Program-made: the position numbers and the translations under genes
Shown: piece by piece, positions 46,634 to 57,063 of the stretch
Position numbering within the stretch: the first letter of the stretch is position 1
Layout of the letters: every line of letters begins with the position of its first letter
The notes under the pieces: generated by a model
The model's input: the letters and a program-made list of their open reading frames with translations, nothing else
Database searches by the model: none
Told to the model about the DNA's origin: nothing
From: an uncultured Candidatus Rokubacteria bacterium
Lineage (GTDB): Bacteria > Methylomirabilota > Methylomirabilia > Rokubacteriales > CSP1-6
DNA length: 64,000 nucleotides
Direction: 5' to 3'
Assembly: GCA_963762145.1 (NCBI GenBank)
Contig: CAVXJS010000014.1
Span: forward strand, 96,001-160,000

Positions 46634-46680
46634 TTGACTATGCTCCACTGAGCCTGTATGCTCCCGGTCGCATAGAGCAT
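46634..46680 (+). promoter_or_regulatory. tupA promoter with an overlapping candidate operator
   Basis: TTGACT (46634)-17 nt-TATGCT (46657); TATGC-N8-GCATA dyad. Confidence 0.6.
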
Positions 46681-46691
46681 TGAGATCACTC

Positions 46692-47538
46692 ATGATGATC
46701 AATCGACTCGCGGTGGTGTTGTCGATGCTGCTGGCTGGCCTGCTCCCGTCCACTCCGGGGCCGGGGGCCGCCGCAGTCGAGCATCGTCATCGTATCCACC
46801 ACCACCAGCACCCAGGACTCGGGGCTGCTCGACGTGCTGGTGCCCATGTTCGAGAAGCAGACCGGGCTGACCGTGAAGACCATCTCGGTCGGTACCGGCC
46901 AGGCCCTGGCCCTGGCGGCCCGCGGCGAGGCCGACGTCACGCTCGCGCACGCGCCCGGCCTCGAGAAAAAGTACGTGGACGAGGGCAAGATGACCAACCG
47001 GCGCCTCGTCATGTACAACGATTTCATCGTCATCGGCCCGCCCGACGATCCGGCGAAGATCAAGGGGTTGCCGAAGGCGCTAGACGCGCTCAAGCGTATC
47101 GCGGAGAGCCAGTCGCGCTTCGTCTCGCGCGGCGACAAGTCGGGGACTCACACCCTCGAGCTGGCGCTCTGGAAGCAGGCCGGTATCGAGCCGAAGGGCG
47201 CCTGGTACATCGAGTCCGGGCAGGGCATGGGGCAGACTCTCGGCATCGCCAACGACCGGCGGGCCTACGCGCTGACCGACCGGGCCACGTTCCTCGCGTT
47301 CCAGAAGCGGGTGGACCTGCCGATCCTCGTCGAGAAGGACCGGCCGCTGCTCAACATCTACTCGGTGATGGAAGTGAACCCGGCCAACGGCCCGCGCGTC
47401 AATCCCAGGGGCGGCAAGGCATTCGCGGACTTCATGCTGGCGCCCGAGACGCAGGCGGTGATCAAGAGCTTCGGCGTGGAGAAGTACGGCCAGCCGCTCT
47501 TCGTCCCGGTGGCCGGCAAGAAGGACGAGGACCTCTAG
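46692..47538 (+). CDS. tupA: Tungstate ABC transporter binding protein, frameshift near 46760-46775
   Basis: STTTSTQDSGLL (TupA TTTS motif), GTGQAL, SRGDKSGTH, DRATF. Confidence 0.9.
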
Positions 47539-47555
47539 CCGCCCGAGCGACCACG

Positions 47556-48252
47556 GTGGGGCTCTTCGGGCAAGGCGTCCTCGAAGCGTTCCGCCTGCTG
47601 CTGGCGGGTGACGCGGAAGTCTGGCAGATCACCTGGCTCTCGCTGCAGGTCTCGGCGAGCGCCACCGCGCTCTCGCTGCTGGTCGGCATCCCGCTCGGCG
47701 CGCTGCTCGCGCTCGCGCGCTTCCCCGGCCGGGCGCTCGCGGTCAGCCTGGTGAACACCGGCATGGGGCTTCCGCCGGTCGTGGTGGGCCTGTTCGTGAC
47801 GATTCTCCTCTGGCGCAACGGCGCGCTCGGCTTCCTCGAGCTGCTGCTACACGCCGTCGGCGATGGTGGTGGGCCAGTTCGTGATCGCGGCGCCCATCGT
47901 TACCGGGCTCACCCTGGCCGCGGTGCAGCAGGTCCCGGAGACCTTCCGACTGCAGATGCTGGGGCTCGGGGCCTCGCGCGCGCAGATGTTCTGGGTGCTG
48001 CTCAAGGAAGCGCGCCTGCCGATGCTGGCCGCGGTGATGGCAGGATTCGGTGGCGTGATCTCCGAGGTAGGCGCCTCCATGATGCTGGGCGGCAATATCC
48101 GAGGCTCGACCCGCGTGCTCACCACCGCCACCGTGCTCGAGACGGGCAAGGGCAACTTCGACCTCGCCATCGCCCTGTCGGTGATCCTGCTGCTGATCAC
48201 CTTCCTGGTGAACTGGGCGCTGAGTTTCATCCAGCAGCGCCGGCCCGCCTGA
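47556..48252 (+). CDS. tupB: Tungstate ABC transporter permease, frameshift near 47845
   Basis: MGLPPVVVGL, ISEVGASMMLGGNI, TRVLTTA. Confidence 0.88.
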
Positions 48253-48325
48253 CGGCGGCCCACGGTCGAGCAGGTACCGCCAAACCGTTTGATCGGCCGG
48301 TTCTCTTGCCGTCAGAATCGCGCCG

Positions 48326-49129
48326 ATGCGGAAGCGCTCGGCGGCGGTGGCGGCGGTTGCCGGCGCTGGGGTTGGAGTCCTGGGCGGCCTGATCGGTCTT
48401 GGGGGCGCGGAGTTCCGGCTCCCGCTTCTGATCGGGTACTTCTCGAATCCACTCCGGCGGGCTATTGGGCTGAACCTTGGCATGAGCTTGGTCACGGTGA
48501 TGGCCGCGCTCGCCGGGCGGCTCGCCACGGGCTCGGCGGCACCGGCGGCGCCTCTTCACGTCATCGTGGCCCTGATAGGTGGAGGCGTGGCCGGAGCCTA
48601 CATCGGCGCGTCATGGTTGGTCGGCGCGTCCAGTCGCGCCCTCTGGCGGGCGGTTCGTGGGCTACTGGCGGTTATCGGCGCGTTATTGCTCATCGAGGCC
48701 TTCGTGCCTTGGGGATCGGACGGCCTGGTCACTGGTTCGATTGCCCAGGCAACGGTGGGCGTGGTAGCGGGAGTATTGATTGGCGTCGTCAGCAGCCTGC
48801 TTGGCGTCGCTGGCGGGGAGCTCATTGTTCCGACCCTGGTGTTCGGGTTCGGGATTGACATCAAGGCGGCGGGGACGGCCAGCTTGATGATCAGCGTTCC
48901 CACCGTCTTGATGGGCTTGTGGCGTCAGGTATCGTCAGGTCTGCGACCGACCGCCGAGGAGTTCACGCGAATCGTCGTGCCGATGAGCGCGGGCTCGGTC
49001 GTCGGGGCGGTAGTCGGGGCCATGCTGATCGTATTCGTTCCGGGAGGATCCCTGAAGGTGGTGCTTGGATTGGTGCTCATCTGGTCGGCGGCTCGCCTCC
49101 GAGGCCTTGCCCTTGACGCCAAGGGATGA
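48326..49129 (+). CDS. TauE/SafE (TSUP) family permease
   Basis: GGLIGLGGAEFRLP, SLLGVAGGELIVP, AAGTASL. Confidence 0.88.
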   Translation: MRKRSAAVAAVAGAGVGVLGGLIGLGGAEFRLPLLIGYFSNPLRRAIGLNLGMSLVTVMAALAGRLATGSAAPAAPLHVIVALIGGGVAGAYIGASWLVGASSRALWRAVRGLLAVIGALLLIEAFVPWGSDGLVTGSIAQATVGVVAGVLIGVVSSLLGVAGGELIVPTLVFGFGIDIKAAGTASLMISVPTVLMGLWRQVSSGLRPTAEEFTRIVVPMSAGSVVGAVVGAMLIVFVPGGSLKVVLGLVLIWSAARLRGLALDAKG

Positions 49130-49163
49130 CATGAGGGGAGTCGACGAAAGGCGCGGCTCGGGC

Positions 49164-49679
49164 TCAGCGAGTTCCTCGCCGAGTCTTCCGCGTCGGCTGC
49201 TGGGTGCCCATCCTTCGGCCGACGCCCTGCCCGCGCGCGGCCACTTCCGCGCAGGTGGGACCGCTTGGGCCGAGCGCATCGTCGATCCGATCACGCAAGG
49301 CGCGCAGCCGCTCGAGGAGAAGAAGACCCGTCTCGGTCAGCTCCATGCCCCGGGCGGAGCCGCGTCCCGGCCGACTTCGAACGACGGGAGTCTTGAGGGC
49401 GGTTTCTGCTCGCCGCAGATAGCCCCACGCGTGTCGATAGGACCAGCCGATCTCCCGGACCGCCTGCGCGAGTGAGCCATGCTGAACGATGCCTCGCAGC
49501 AGATGAAGGCCGCCGTCCCCCATCATGAATTCACCGCCCAGCTCGAGCCAGACCTTCGTCTTGACCTGGGCCGCGATTATGCTTTCGTGAGCACTTTGAA
49601 GAGCCGCATCGCGCTCGGTAGCATGGGACGTGGGCGCTGAAGTGACGATGCTCGGTTTTCTCGGCCGTCCGGTTCGCAT
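49164..49679 (-). CDS. ModE-like winged-HTH regulator with N-terminal GRPRK
   Basis: KVWLE, GSLAQAVREIGWSYRHAWGYL. Confidence 0.8.
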   Translation of the reverse strand: MRTGRPRKPSIVTSAPTSHATERDAALQSAHESIIAAQVKTKVWLELGGEFMMGDGGLHLLRGIVQHGSLAQAVREIGWSYRHAWGYLRRAETALKTPVVRSRPGRGSARGMELTETGLLLLERLRALRDRIDDALGPSGPTCAEVAARGQGVGRRMGTQQPTRKTRRGTR

Positions 49680-49728
49680 GGCGGTTCACAGTATCACGTT
49701 CCGAGCACGCACTCAGGAGGCAAGGGTC

Positions 49729-50505
49729 ATGTATCTCATCCGGTGTGTTGCGATTGCCTTGGCGCTGGTCGTACTGGGCTCGGCCGAGGTTGGCGCACAG
49801 GAGATCACCCTGTCGGTGGCGGTTAGTCTCAAGGATGCCGTGGAAGAGCTAGGACGCGGCTTCATGGCCGTCCGTCCGGGTGTGAGGCTCCGCTACAACT
49901 TCGGCGCGTCCGGCGATCTGCAGAAGCAGATCGAGGCGGGCGCACCGATCGACCTCTTTCTCTCGGCCGCGCAACGGCAGATGGACGAGCTAGAGAAGCA
50001 GAACCTGATTATCCCGGCCAGCCGGCGGGCCTTCGCCCGCAACGCGCTCGTCGTGATCAAGCCGGCCGACTCGCGTGTGGACATCACCAAGCCCGCGGAT
50101 CTGCTTGATCCGAGGGTGGCCCGCATCGTCATCGGCAATCCCAAGTCGGTGCCCGCCGGGCAGTACGCCGAGGAGAGTCTACGCACGCTGGGTCTGTGGG
50201 ATCGCCTGCAGCCGAAGCTCATCTTCTCCGAGAACGTCCGCCAGGCGCTCGACTACGTGGCGCGCGGAGAGGTCGACGCCGGATTCGTCTACACGACGGA
50301 CGTCGCGGCGCGTGCCCAGGGGGTGAAAGAAGCGTTCCGCCCGCCCGACGACAGTTGTCGACCCGTGACCTATCCGGGCGCGGTCGTGGCGGCATCCAAA
50401 CAAGCGGCGCTGGCGCGGACTTTCCTCGACCTTCTGGGCGGCGCCGAAGGTCGCGCTGTGTTGGGCCGCTTCGGCTTCCAGCCGCCGCCGGCCGGGGCGC
50501 GCTGA
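49729..50505 (+). CDS. modA: Molybdate ABC transporter binding protein
   Basis: AVSLKDA, FGASGDL..QIE.GAP.D, VPAGQYA, NVRQ; AGGAGG SD. Confidence 0.93.
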   Translation: MYLIRCVAIALALVVLGSAEVGAQEITLSVAVSLKDAVEELGRGFMAVRPGVRLRYNFGASGDLQKQIEAGAPIDLFLSAAQRQMDELEKQNLIIPASRRAFARNALVVIKPADSRVDITKPADLLDPRVARIVIGNPKSVPAGQYAEESLRTLGLWDRLQPKLIFSENVRQALDYVARGEVDAGFVYTTDVAARAQGVKEAFRPPDDSCRPVTYPGAVVAASKQAALARTFLDLLGGAEGRAVLGRFGFQPPPAGAR

Positions 50506-50613
50506 TCGCGGGGCGCGCGACCTGAGCGCCGGGTCGGCGGTCGCTCGGGTCCTCCGATGGGTCAGAGGCTCGCCCGGTCGTGGCATACTACACGGGCACC
50601 AAGGATCCCCATC

Positions 50614-51279
50614 GTGAGCCCGGACAGCATCTCCGCCCTCCGGCTGTCGCTGCAGGTGGCGGTGGCGGCCACGGCGCTCAATGCGCTCGTCGGCATTCCC
50701 ATCGCCTATGCGCTCGCCCGCCGCCGCTTCTGGGGCAAGGGCGTCGTGGACCTGCTGGTGACGCTGCCGCTGGTCCTGCCGCCCACCGTCGTCGGCTACT
50801 ACCTGATCGTGCTGCTCGGCCGGCGCGGCGTGCTCGGCGCGCCGCTGTACGAGCTGACCGGCTGGACGGTGGCCTTCACCTGGTACGCGGCGGTGATCGC
50901 GGCCACCGTGATGGCGCTGCCGCTGCTGGTGCGCACCGTGCGCGCGGCCATCGAGTCGGTGGACCGGGACCTGGAGCGCGCGGCCTACACCCTCGGCCGC
51001 TCCGAGCTGCGCACCGTGCTCGAGGTCACGCTGCCCCTGGCCCGCAACGGGATCCTGGCCGGGCTCGTGCTCGCCTTCGCTCGCGCGCTCGGTGAGTTCG
51101 GCGCCACCCTGATGCTCGCGGGCAACATCCCGGGTCGGACCCAGACCGTGCCGCTCTCCATCTACACCGCGGTGCAGACCGGCGAGAGCGGGGAGGCGCT
51201 CGGGCTGGTGGCGGTGCTCACCGCGCTCTCCTGCCTCGTGCTCATCGCGGCCAATCGCCTGGGCGCGCGCGCGGCATGA
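50614..51279 (+). CDS. modB: Molybdate ABC transporter permease
   Basis: LPLVLPPTVVGY, FARALGEFGAT, GNIPG.TQT. Confidence 0.93.
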   Translation: MSPDSISALRLSLQVAVAATALNALVGIPIAYALARRRFWGKGVVDLLVTLPLVLPPTVVGYYLIVLLGRRGVLGAPLYELTGWTVAFTWYAAVIAATVMALPLLVRTVRAAIESVDRDLERAAYTLGRSELRTVLEVTLPLARNGILAGLVLAFARALGEFGATLMLAGNIPGRTQTVPLSIYTAVQTGESGEALGLVAVLTALSCLVLIAANRLGARAA

Positions 51280-52406
51280 CGAATCGGCTCGAGGTCGCGG
51301 TCCGCAAGTCGCTGCCCGGCTTCACGCTCGACGTCGAGTGGAGCGCGGGAGACGGCGTCGCCGCGCTCTTCGGGCCGTCGGGGGCGGGCAAGACCCTCAC
51401 CCTGCAGTGCCTGGCCGGCCTCGTGCGCCCGGACGCGGGTCGCATCGTGGTGGACGGCCACGTGCTCTTCGACGCGGCGGCCGGCATCGACGTGTCGCCC
51501 CAGCGGCGGCGCGTCGGCTACGTGTTCCAGGGCTACGCGCTGTTCCCGCACCTGACGGTACGCGGCAACGTGGGCTTCGGCCTCCGCGATCGCGGGAGGG
51601 CCGAGCGGCGCCGGCGGGAGGACGAAGTGCTGGCCCGTCTCGGCCTCGAGGCGTTCGCGGAGCGCTACCCGCGCGAGCTCTCCGGCGGCCAGCGCCAGCG
51701 GGTGGCCCTCGGTCGCGCGCTCGCCACCGATCCGGCGCTGCTCCTGCTGGACGAGCCCCTCTCCGCGCTCGACCTGCCGCTGCGGCAGGCCCTGCGCGAC
51801 GAGCTCCGCAGCATCCTCACCGGCTGGGGGATCGCGGCGGTGCTGGTCACGCACGACCTCACCGAGGCCTACCGGCTGGGCGATCGCATCGTGGTGTACG
51901 AAGAAGGGCGCGTCATCCAGGCGGCGCCGCGCGCCGAGCTGCTGTCGCAACCCTCGTCGCGCAGCGTGGCGCGCATCATGGGGATCCGGAACCTGGTGCA
52001 GGGGGTCACGCTCAAGGCCACGAGCGATCGTATCCAGTTCCGCTGGCGAGGCCAGGTCCTGGAGGCGGTGAACTCGCCGACCCGATCCTACCTGCCCGCG
52101 CCGGATAGTCCGCTCGCGTTCTTCATCCGGCCGGAGTACGTCCGGCTGATCCGGAAGGACCGGACCGGCGTGGACGGTTCCCACCATATGAACCTGATGG
52201 TCGGCACCGTCGTGCGCGAGGTGGACCTGGGCGCCTCGTGGACGCTCTTCATCCGGCTCGACGAGCCCGGCGCCCCCGCGCAGGGGGACTACGACCTCGA
52301 GCTCGAGGTGCCGCGGCTCGTGTACGAGATCCTCGAGATCGATCGCGATCGGCACTGGCAGTTCTCCCTGCACCGCGGCGCGATCCACGTGCTCCCCTCG
52401 TCCTGA
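51276..52406 (+). CDS. modC: Molybdate ABC transporter ATPase
   Basis: GPSGAGKT, FQGYALFPHL, LSGGQ, DEP. Confidence 0.88.
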   Translation: MTNRLEVAVRKSLPGFTLDVEWSAGDGVAALFGPSGAGKTLTLQCLAGLVRPDAGRIVVDGHVLFDAAAGIDVSPQRRRVGYVFQGYALFPHLTVRGNVGFGLRDRGRAERRRREDEVLARLGLEAFAERYPRELSGGQRQRVALGRALATDPALLLLDEPLSALDLPLRQALRDELRSILTGWGIAAVLVTHDLTEAYRLGDRIVVYEEGRVIQAAPRAELLSQPSSRSVARIMGIRNLVQGVTLKATSDRIQFRWRGQVLEAVNSPTRSYLPAPDSPLAFFIRPEYVRLIRKDRTGVDGSHHMNLMVGTVVREVDLGASWTLFIRLDEPGAPAQGDYDLELEVPRLVYEILEIDRDRHWQFSLHRGAIHVLPSS

Positions 52407-53503
52407 TGGCGTCGCCGCCGGTCGTGGCGCTGCACGGCATCCGGGTCACCCGCGCCGGCCGAACGGTGCTGGAGGTCTCGGAGCTCTCGGTGGACGCGGG
52501 CCAGGTCCTGGCAGTGATCGGCCCCAACGGCGCGGGCAAGTCCACGCTGCTCCGGGTGATGGGCCTGCTCGAGCCGGTGACCGCGGGCGTGGTCCGCTTC
52601 CAGGGCGAAAGGGTGAGCCCGGCCAGGGGTCTTGCGGTGCGGCGGCGCATGGCCAGCGTCTTCCAGGAGCCGCTCCTGGCAGACACCACGGTGCGGGACA
52701 ACGTGGCCCTCGGCCTCCGCTTCCGCGGCGTGGACGACGACCGCGCGGCGCCGCGGGTGGACGCCTGGCTCGCGCGGCTCGGGATCGAGCATCTGGCGTC
52801 CCGGCAGGCGCGCACCCTCTCGGGGGGCGAGGCGCAGCGGACCGCGCTGGCCCGCGCGCTCGTGCTCGAGCCCGAGCTGCTGCTGCTCGACGAGCCGTTC
52901 TCCGCCCTGGATCAGCCCACTCGCGAGGCCCTGCTCGACGACTTCGCCCGCATCCTGCGCCAGGAGCGCACCACGACGGTGCTGGTGACGCATGATCGCG
53001 CCGAGGCCATGACGCTGGGCGACCGGGTGGGCGTGCTCATTGGGGGCCGTCTCGTGCAGCTCGATGACGCGGCCCAGGTGTTCCGAGCCCCCGCCTCCGA
53101 GGACGTGGCGCGCTTCGTGGGCGTGGAGAGCATCCTCGACGGGCGGGTCGTTGAGTGGACCCGGGACCTGGCCCTGGTAGACGTCGGGGGGCAGGTCATC
53201 GAGGTGGCGCAGCTGGCCGAGCCGGGCGAGCAGGTGCGTATCTGTGTGCGGCCGGAAGACGTGACGATTTTTCCGGGCGTCCCCAAGCCCGGCGGGACCC
53301 GGGAGTTCAACCGCGTGGGAGGCACGGTGCACAGGCTCGTGCCGACCGGTCCGCATGTTCGTGTGATCATTGACTGCGGATTCCCGCTGGTCGCCCTGGT
53401 AACGCAGCGCTCCGTGGAGGAGCTGGGCTTCGCCCCCGGGAGCCCGGTGACCGCGCACTTCAAGGCCACCGCCCCTCATCTCCTGCGCCACTCGAAGCCT
53501 TGA
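52406..53503 (+). CDS. ABC ATPase with a TOBE domain (probable TupC)
   Basis: GPNGAGKST, LSGGEAQR, C-terminal VTQRSVEELG...FKATA. Confidence 0.85.
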   Translation: MASPPVVALHGIRVTRAGRTVLEVSELSVDAGQVLAVIGPNGAGKSTLLRVMGLLEPVTAGVVRFQGERVSPARGLAVRRRMASVFQEPLLADTTVRDNVALGLRFRGVDDDRAAPRVDAWLARLGIEHLASRQARTLSGGEAQRTALARALVLEPELLLLDEPFSALDQPTREALLDDFARILRQERTTTVLVTHDRAEAMTLGDRVGVLIGGRLVQLDDAAQVFRAPASEDVARFVGVESILDGRVVEWTRDLALVDVGGQVIEVAQLAEPGEQVRICVRPEDVTIFPGVPKPGGTREFNRVGGTVHRLVPTGPHVRVIIDCGFPLVALVTQRSVEELGFAPGSPVTAHFKATAPHLLRHSKP

Positions 53504-53529
53504 CAGTCCGAAGAGGCGGGGAGTATAAC
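53500..53529 (+). promoter_or_regulatory. Near-consensus sigma70 promoter
   Basis: TTGACA (53500)-18 nt-TATAAC (53524). Confidence 0.65.
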
Positions 53530-53582
53530 GCGGGTGACGACGCTGGTTGGGGCAGGGTCAACCGCCTCGCAAGGAGGTCCGC

Positions 53583-53813
53583 ATGCCCGATACGGAAGCT
53601 TTCATCGAGCGACTCACCGCCGAGAATCATGACTTCCGCACCCTCCGTGAGGAGCACCACCGCTACGAAGAGGAGCTGGCCGCGCTGAACACGCGCGGGT
53701 TCCTGGCTCCCGATCAGCAGTGGCGGGTGAGCGAGCTGAAGAAGCTCAAGCTCATCGCAAAAGACCGGATGGAGACCATGCTCCGGCACGCGCGCGCCGC
53801 GACCCACGCCTGA
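53583..53813 (+). CDS. DUF465/YdcH-family small protein
   Basis: F..L.EEH...[12 protein letters not shown]; AAGGAGG SD. Confidence 0.85.
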   Translation: MPDTEAFIERLTAENHDFRTLREEHHRYEEELAALNTRGFLAPDQQWRVSELKKLKLIAKDRMETMLRHARAATHA

Positions 53814-53833
53814 GTCGGGCTCACCCCCGACCG

Positions 53834-54403
53834 ATGTCCCCGTCCCGGGAGATGCCGGGCTTCCGTGGCCTCTCCCACCTGAACCCTGCCGGTGAAGCCC
53901 GGATGGTGGACGTCTCCGCCAAGTCGGAGACCGTCCGGGAGGCGGTGGCCCGCGTCACCATCAAGATGAAGGCGGCCACCCTGGCCGCGGTGCGCGCCGG
54001 CCAGCTCGCGAAGGGCGACGTGCTCGGGGTGGCCCGCACCGCCGGCATCATGGCGGCCAAGCGCACCCCCGACCTGATCCCCCTCTGCCACCCGCTGCGC
54101 ATCACCGGCGTGGACGTGGAGTTCGCGCTCGACTCGCGCCGCTCCACGATCACGGTGCACGCCCGCGTGCGCACGGTGGACAAGACCGGCGTGGAGATGG
54201 AGGCGCTGACCGCGGCGGCGGTCGCCGGCCTCACCGTGTACGACATGGTGAAGGCCGTCGACAAGGGGATCGTCCTCACCGACCTCTGCCTCGTCCAGAA
54301 ATCAGGCGGCAAGTCCGGAGACTGGAAGCGGGGCAGTGGCTCGGCGAGGCGCAGTGGCACGGCGAGGCGAAGCCGAAGGCGAGCCGAGCGGATACAGGAA
54401 TGA
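53834..54403 (+). CDS. moaC: Cyclic pyranopterin monophosphate synthase
   Basis: [36 protein letters not shown]. Confidence 0.95.
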   Translation: MSPSREMPGFRGLSHLNPAGEARMVDVSAKSETVREAVARVTIKMKAATLAAVRAGQLAKGDVLGVARTAGIMAAKRTPDLIPLCHPLRITGVDVEFALDSRRSTITVHARVRTVDKTGVEMEALTAAAVAGLTVYDMVKAVDKGIVLTDLCLVQKSGGKSGDWKRGSGSARRSGTARRSRRRAERIQE

Positions 54404-54441
54404 TAGCGCCACCGCGCTACCGCAACGGATCCTGACTGCCC

Positions 54442-55572
54442 ATGACCACCACCGCGATCATCTACTCCGACGAGTGGCGCCAGTTCGACTACGGGCCGGA
54501 GCATCCCCTGCGCATGGAGCGACTCGGGCTCACCTGGCGGCTGATGGAGGCCTACGGCCTCACCGCGCTGCCGCGCGCCAAGGTGTGGGCGCCCGAGCGC
54601 GCCGAGCTCGACGAGATCGCCCGCTTCCACTCGCGCGAGTACATCGAGATCCTGCGCGCGGTGAGCGCGGGCGACTGGGTGCCGCACGCGGCCAGCTACG
54701 GGCTCGGCCCCGGCGACAACCCGATCTTCCCGGGGCTGTGGGAGGCCGCGCAGCTCGGCGCGGGCGGCTCCCTGCTCGCGGCGCGGCTGGTCGCCGAGGG
54801 GGAAGCCACCCGGGCCTTCCACTTCGCGGGCGGGCTGCATCACGCCATGCCCGGCCGCGCGTCCGGCTTCTGCTACGTCAACGACGCGGTGCTGGCCATC
54901 ATGCGCCTGCGCCAGCGCGGCCTGCGGGTGGCCTACGTGGACATCGACGCGCACCACGGTGACGGGGTGCAGTTCGCGTTCTACGACGATCCGAACGTGC
55001 TCACCGTCTCCACGCACGAGCGCGGCGATCGGCTCTTCCCGGGCACCGGCTTCGTGGTGGAGATGGGCGAGGGCGCCGGGCTCGGGTACTCGGTCAATGT
55101 CCCGCTCCAGCCGCTCACCGACGACACGGTGTACCACGAGGCCTTCGAGGCGGTGGTTCCGCCGCTGGTGACCGCGTTCAAGCCCGACGCGCTCGTCATC
55201 CAGCTCGGGATCGATTCGCACCGGACCGATCCGCTCACCCATCTGAGCCTCACCGTCCAGGGCTTCACCCGCGCGGTGAAGCGCCTGCTCCCCCTGGCCC
55301 CTCGGGTGGTCGCGCTGGGCGGCGGCGGGTACGATCTGACCAACGTGGCGCGGGCCTGGACGGCGGCGTGGGCGGCCATGAACGACGTGGATCTGCCCCC
55401 CGACCTGCCGCGCGAGAGCCACCGGGACATGCAGCGGCTCGGCCTGGGGATCCTGTCCCTGAACGACCCGGTCGAGGCCCTGCCCCCCGACACCCGCCGC
55501 TGGGCCGAGGAGTACGCGCGCCGCCAGGTGGGGGAGATCCAGGACAGGATATTCCCGCTGCACGGGCTGTAG
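54442..55572 (+). CDS. acuC: AcuC/histone deacetylase-family protein
   Basis: GGLHHA, SGFC, DIDAHHGDG, FPGTG, GGGGY. Confidence 0.88.
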   Translation: MTTTAIIYSDEWRQFDYGPEHPLRMERLGLTWRLMEAYGLTALPRAKVWAPERAELDEIARFHSREYIEILRAVSAGDWVPHAASYGLGPGDNPIFPGLWEAAQLGAGGSLLAARLVAEGEATRAFHFAGGLHHAMPGRASGFCYVNDAVLAIMRLRQRGLRVAYVDIDAHHGDGVQFAFYDDPNVLTVSTHERGDRLFPGTGFVVEMGEGAGLGYSVNVPLQPLTDDTVYHEAFEAVVPPLVTAFKPDALVIQLGIDSHRTDPLTHLSLTVQGFTRAVKRLLPLAPRVVALGGGGYDLTNVARAWTAAWAAMNDVDLPPDLPRESHRDMQRLGLGILSLNDPVEALPPDTRRWAEEYARRQVGEIQDRIFPLHGL

Positions 55573-55581
55573 AATCGGGGG

Positions 55582-57035
55582 GTGGACACGACCCCCGTCG
55601 GCGCGACCGCGACCTCGGCCCCGGACATGGCCGCCGTCCGGGACACCGCTCCGGAGCAGATCGCGATCCGCGTGCCCCTGAAGGTCAAGCTGAGCCTCCT
55701 GATCACCGCGCTCGTGGTCCTGGCCGTCGCCCTGGTCGGCCTCTTTCTCCTCCGTCAGCAGCAGCAGAGCCTGACCGCGGAGATGACCAAGCGGGGCCTC
55801 ACGATGGCCGAGAACTTCGCGGCCGGAGCCAAGACCCCGCTGCTCACCAACGACGAGCTGACGCTCGGGGTGCTGGTGACCGACGCGATGAAGGATCCGG
55901 ACGTGGCGTACGTGATCGTCTCCGATCACCTGGGCAACGTGCTCGCCCACTCCGACGCGCGCGCGGTGAAGTCCGCGGTGGTCCGGCCCAAGGAGCTGGA
56001 GCCGCTCCAGAAGACCGTGCTGGTCCAGACCTACAAGACGCCGCAGGGCCGCATCATCGACTTCGCGGTGCCGCTGATCTACAGCGGGGTGCCGGTCGGC
56101 GCGCTCTACCTGGGCTTCAGCGAGGAGGCGATCAGCGCCGCGCTCGCGAGCGCGCGCAACCAGGCCCTGCTGATCACCCTGCTCATGGTCCTGGCCGGCC
56201 TCGGCGGCGCGGTGGGTCTGGCCGCGCTGCTCTCCGTCCGATCTTCCGCCTCGTACGGGCCACCGGGGCGATCGCGGCCGGCAACTTCAACATCGCGCTC
56301 CCGGTCGCCTCCCGCGACGAGCTGGGCGTGCTGACCGACTCCTTCAATCGGATGGCGCGGAGCCTCCGCGAGAAGGAGATGATCAAGCGCGCGTTCACCC
56401 GCTACGTGGCGCGCGAGGTGGTGGAGGAGATCCTCAAGGACCCGGAGAACCTGGTGCTCTCCGGCGAGCGGCGCCAGGTCACCGTGCTCTTCTGCGACGT
56501 CCGCGGGTTCACGCCGCTGTCGGAGCGGCTCTCCCCCGAGGAGGTCGTGCTGCTGCTCAACGACTTCTACAACCTGATGATCGAGACCACCTTCAAGTAC
56601 GACGGCACGCTCGACAAGTTCCTGGGCGACGCGGTCATGGCGGTCTTCGGGGCGCCGATGGCCCATCCCGACCACTCCGCGCGCGCCATCCGCACCGCGC
56701 TCGACATGCAGGAAGGGATTACCGGTCTCAACGAGCGCCGCAAGCGCGACGGCAAGGAAGGCATCTCGGTCGGTATCGGGGTCAGCGCGGGCGAGGCGGT
56801 CGCGGGCACGGTCGGCACCGAGGACCGCATGGAGTACACCGTGATCGGCGACAGCGTGAACCTCGCGGCCCGGCTCGAGTCCAATGCCAAGCCCGGGCAG
56901 ATCCTCATCAGCCATCGCACCTACGAGCGGGTGCGCGATCTGGTGGACGCCCGCCCGCTGGGGCGCATCCGCGTCAAGGGCAAGGAAGAAGAGGTCGAGG
57001 TCTACGAGGTGCTCGGCCTGACTCCCGTAGTGTGA
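55582..57035 (+). CDS. Membrane class III adenylate/guanylate cyclase with periplasmic sensor and HAMP, frameshift near 56235
   Basis: Two TM segments, DELG..FNRM, LFCDVRGFT, DKFLGDA, YTVIGDSVNLAARLE. Confidence 0.9.
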
Positions 57036-57063
57036 GCGCGTTCCCGCCCCGGTCGCGTAGGAT

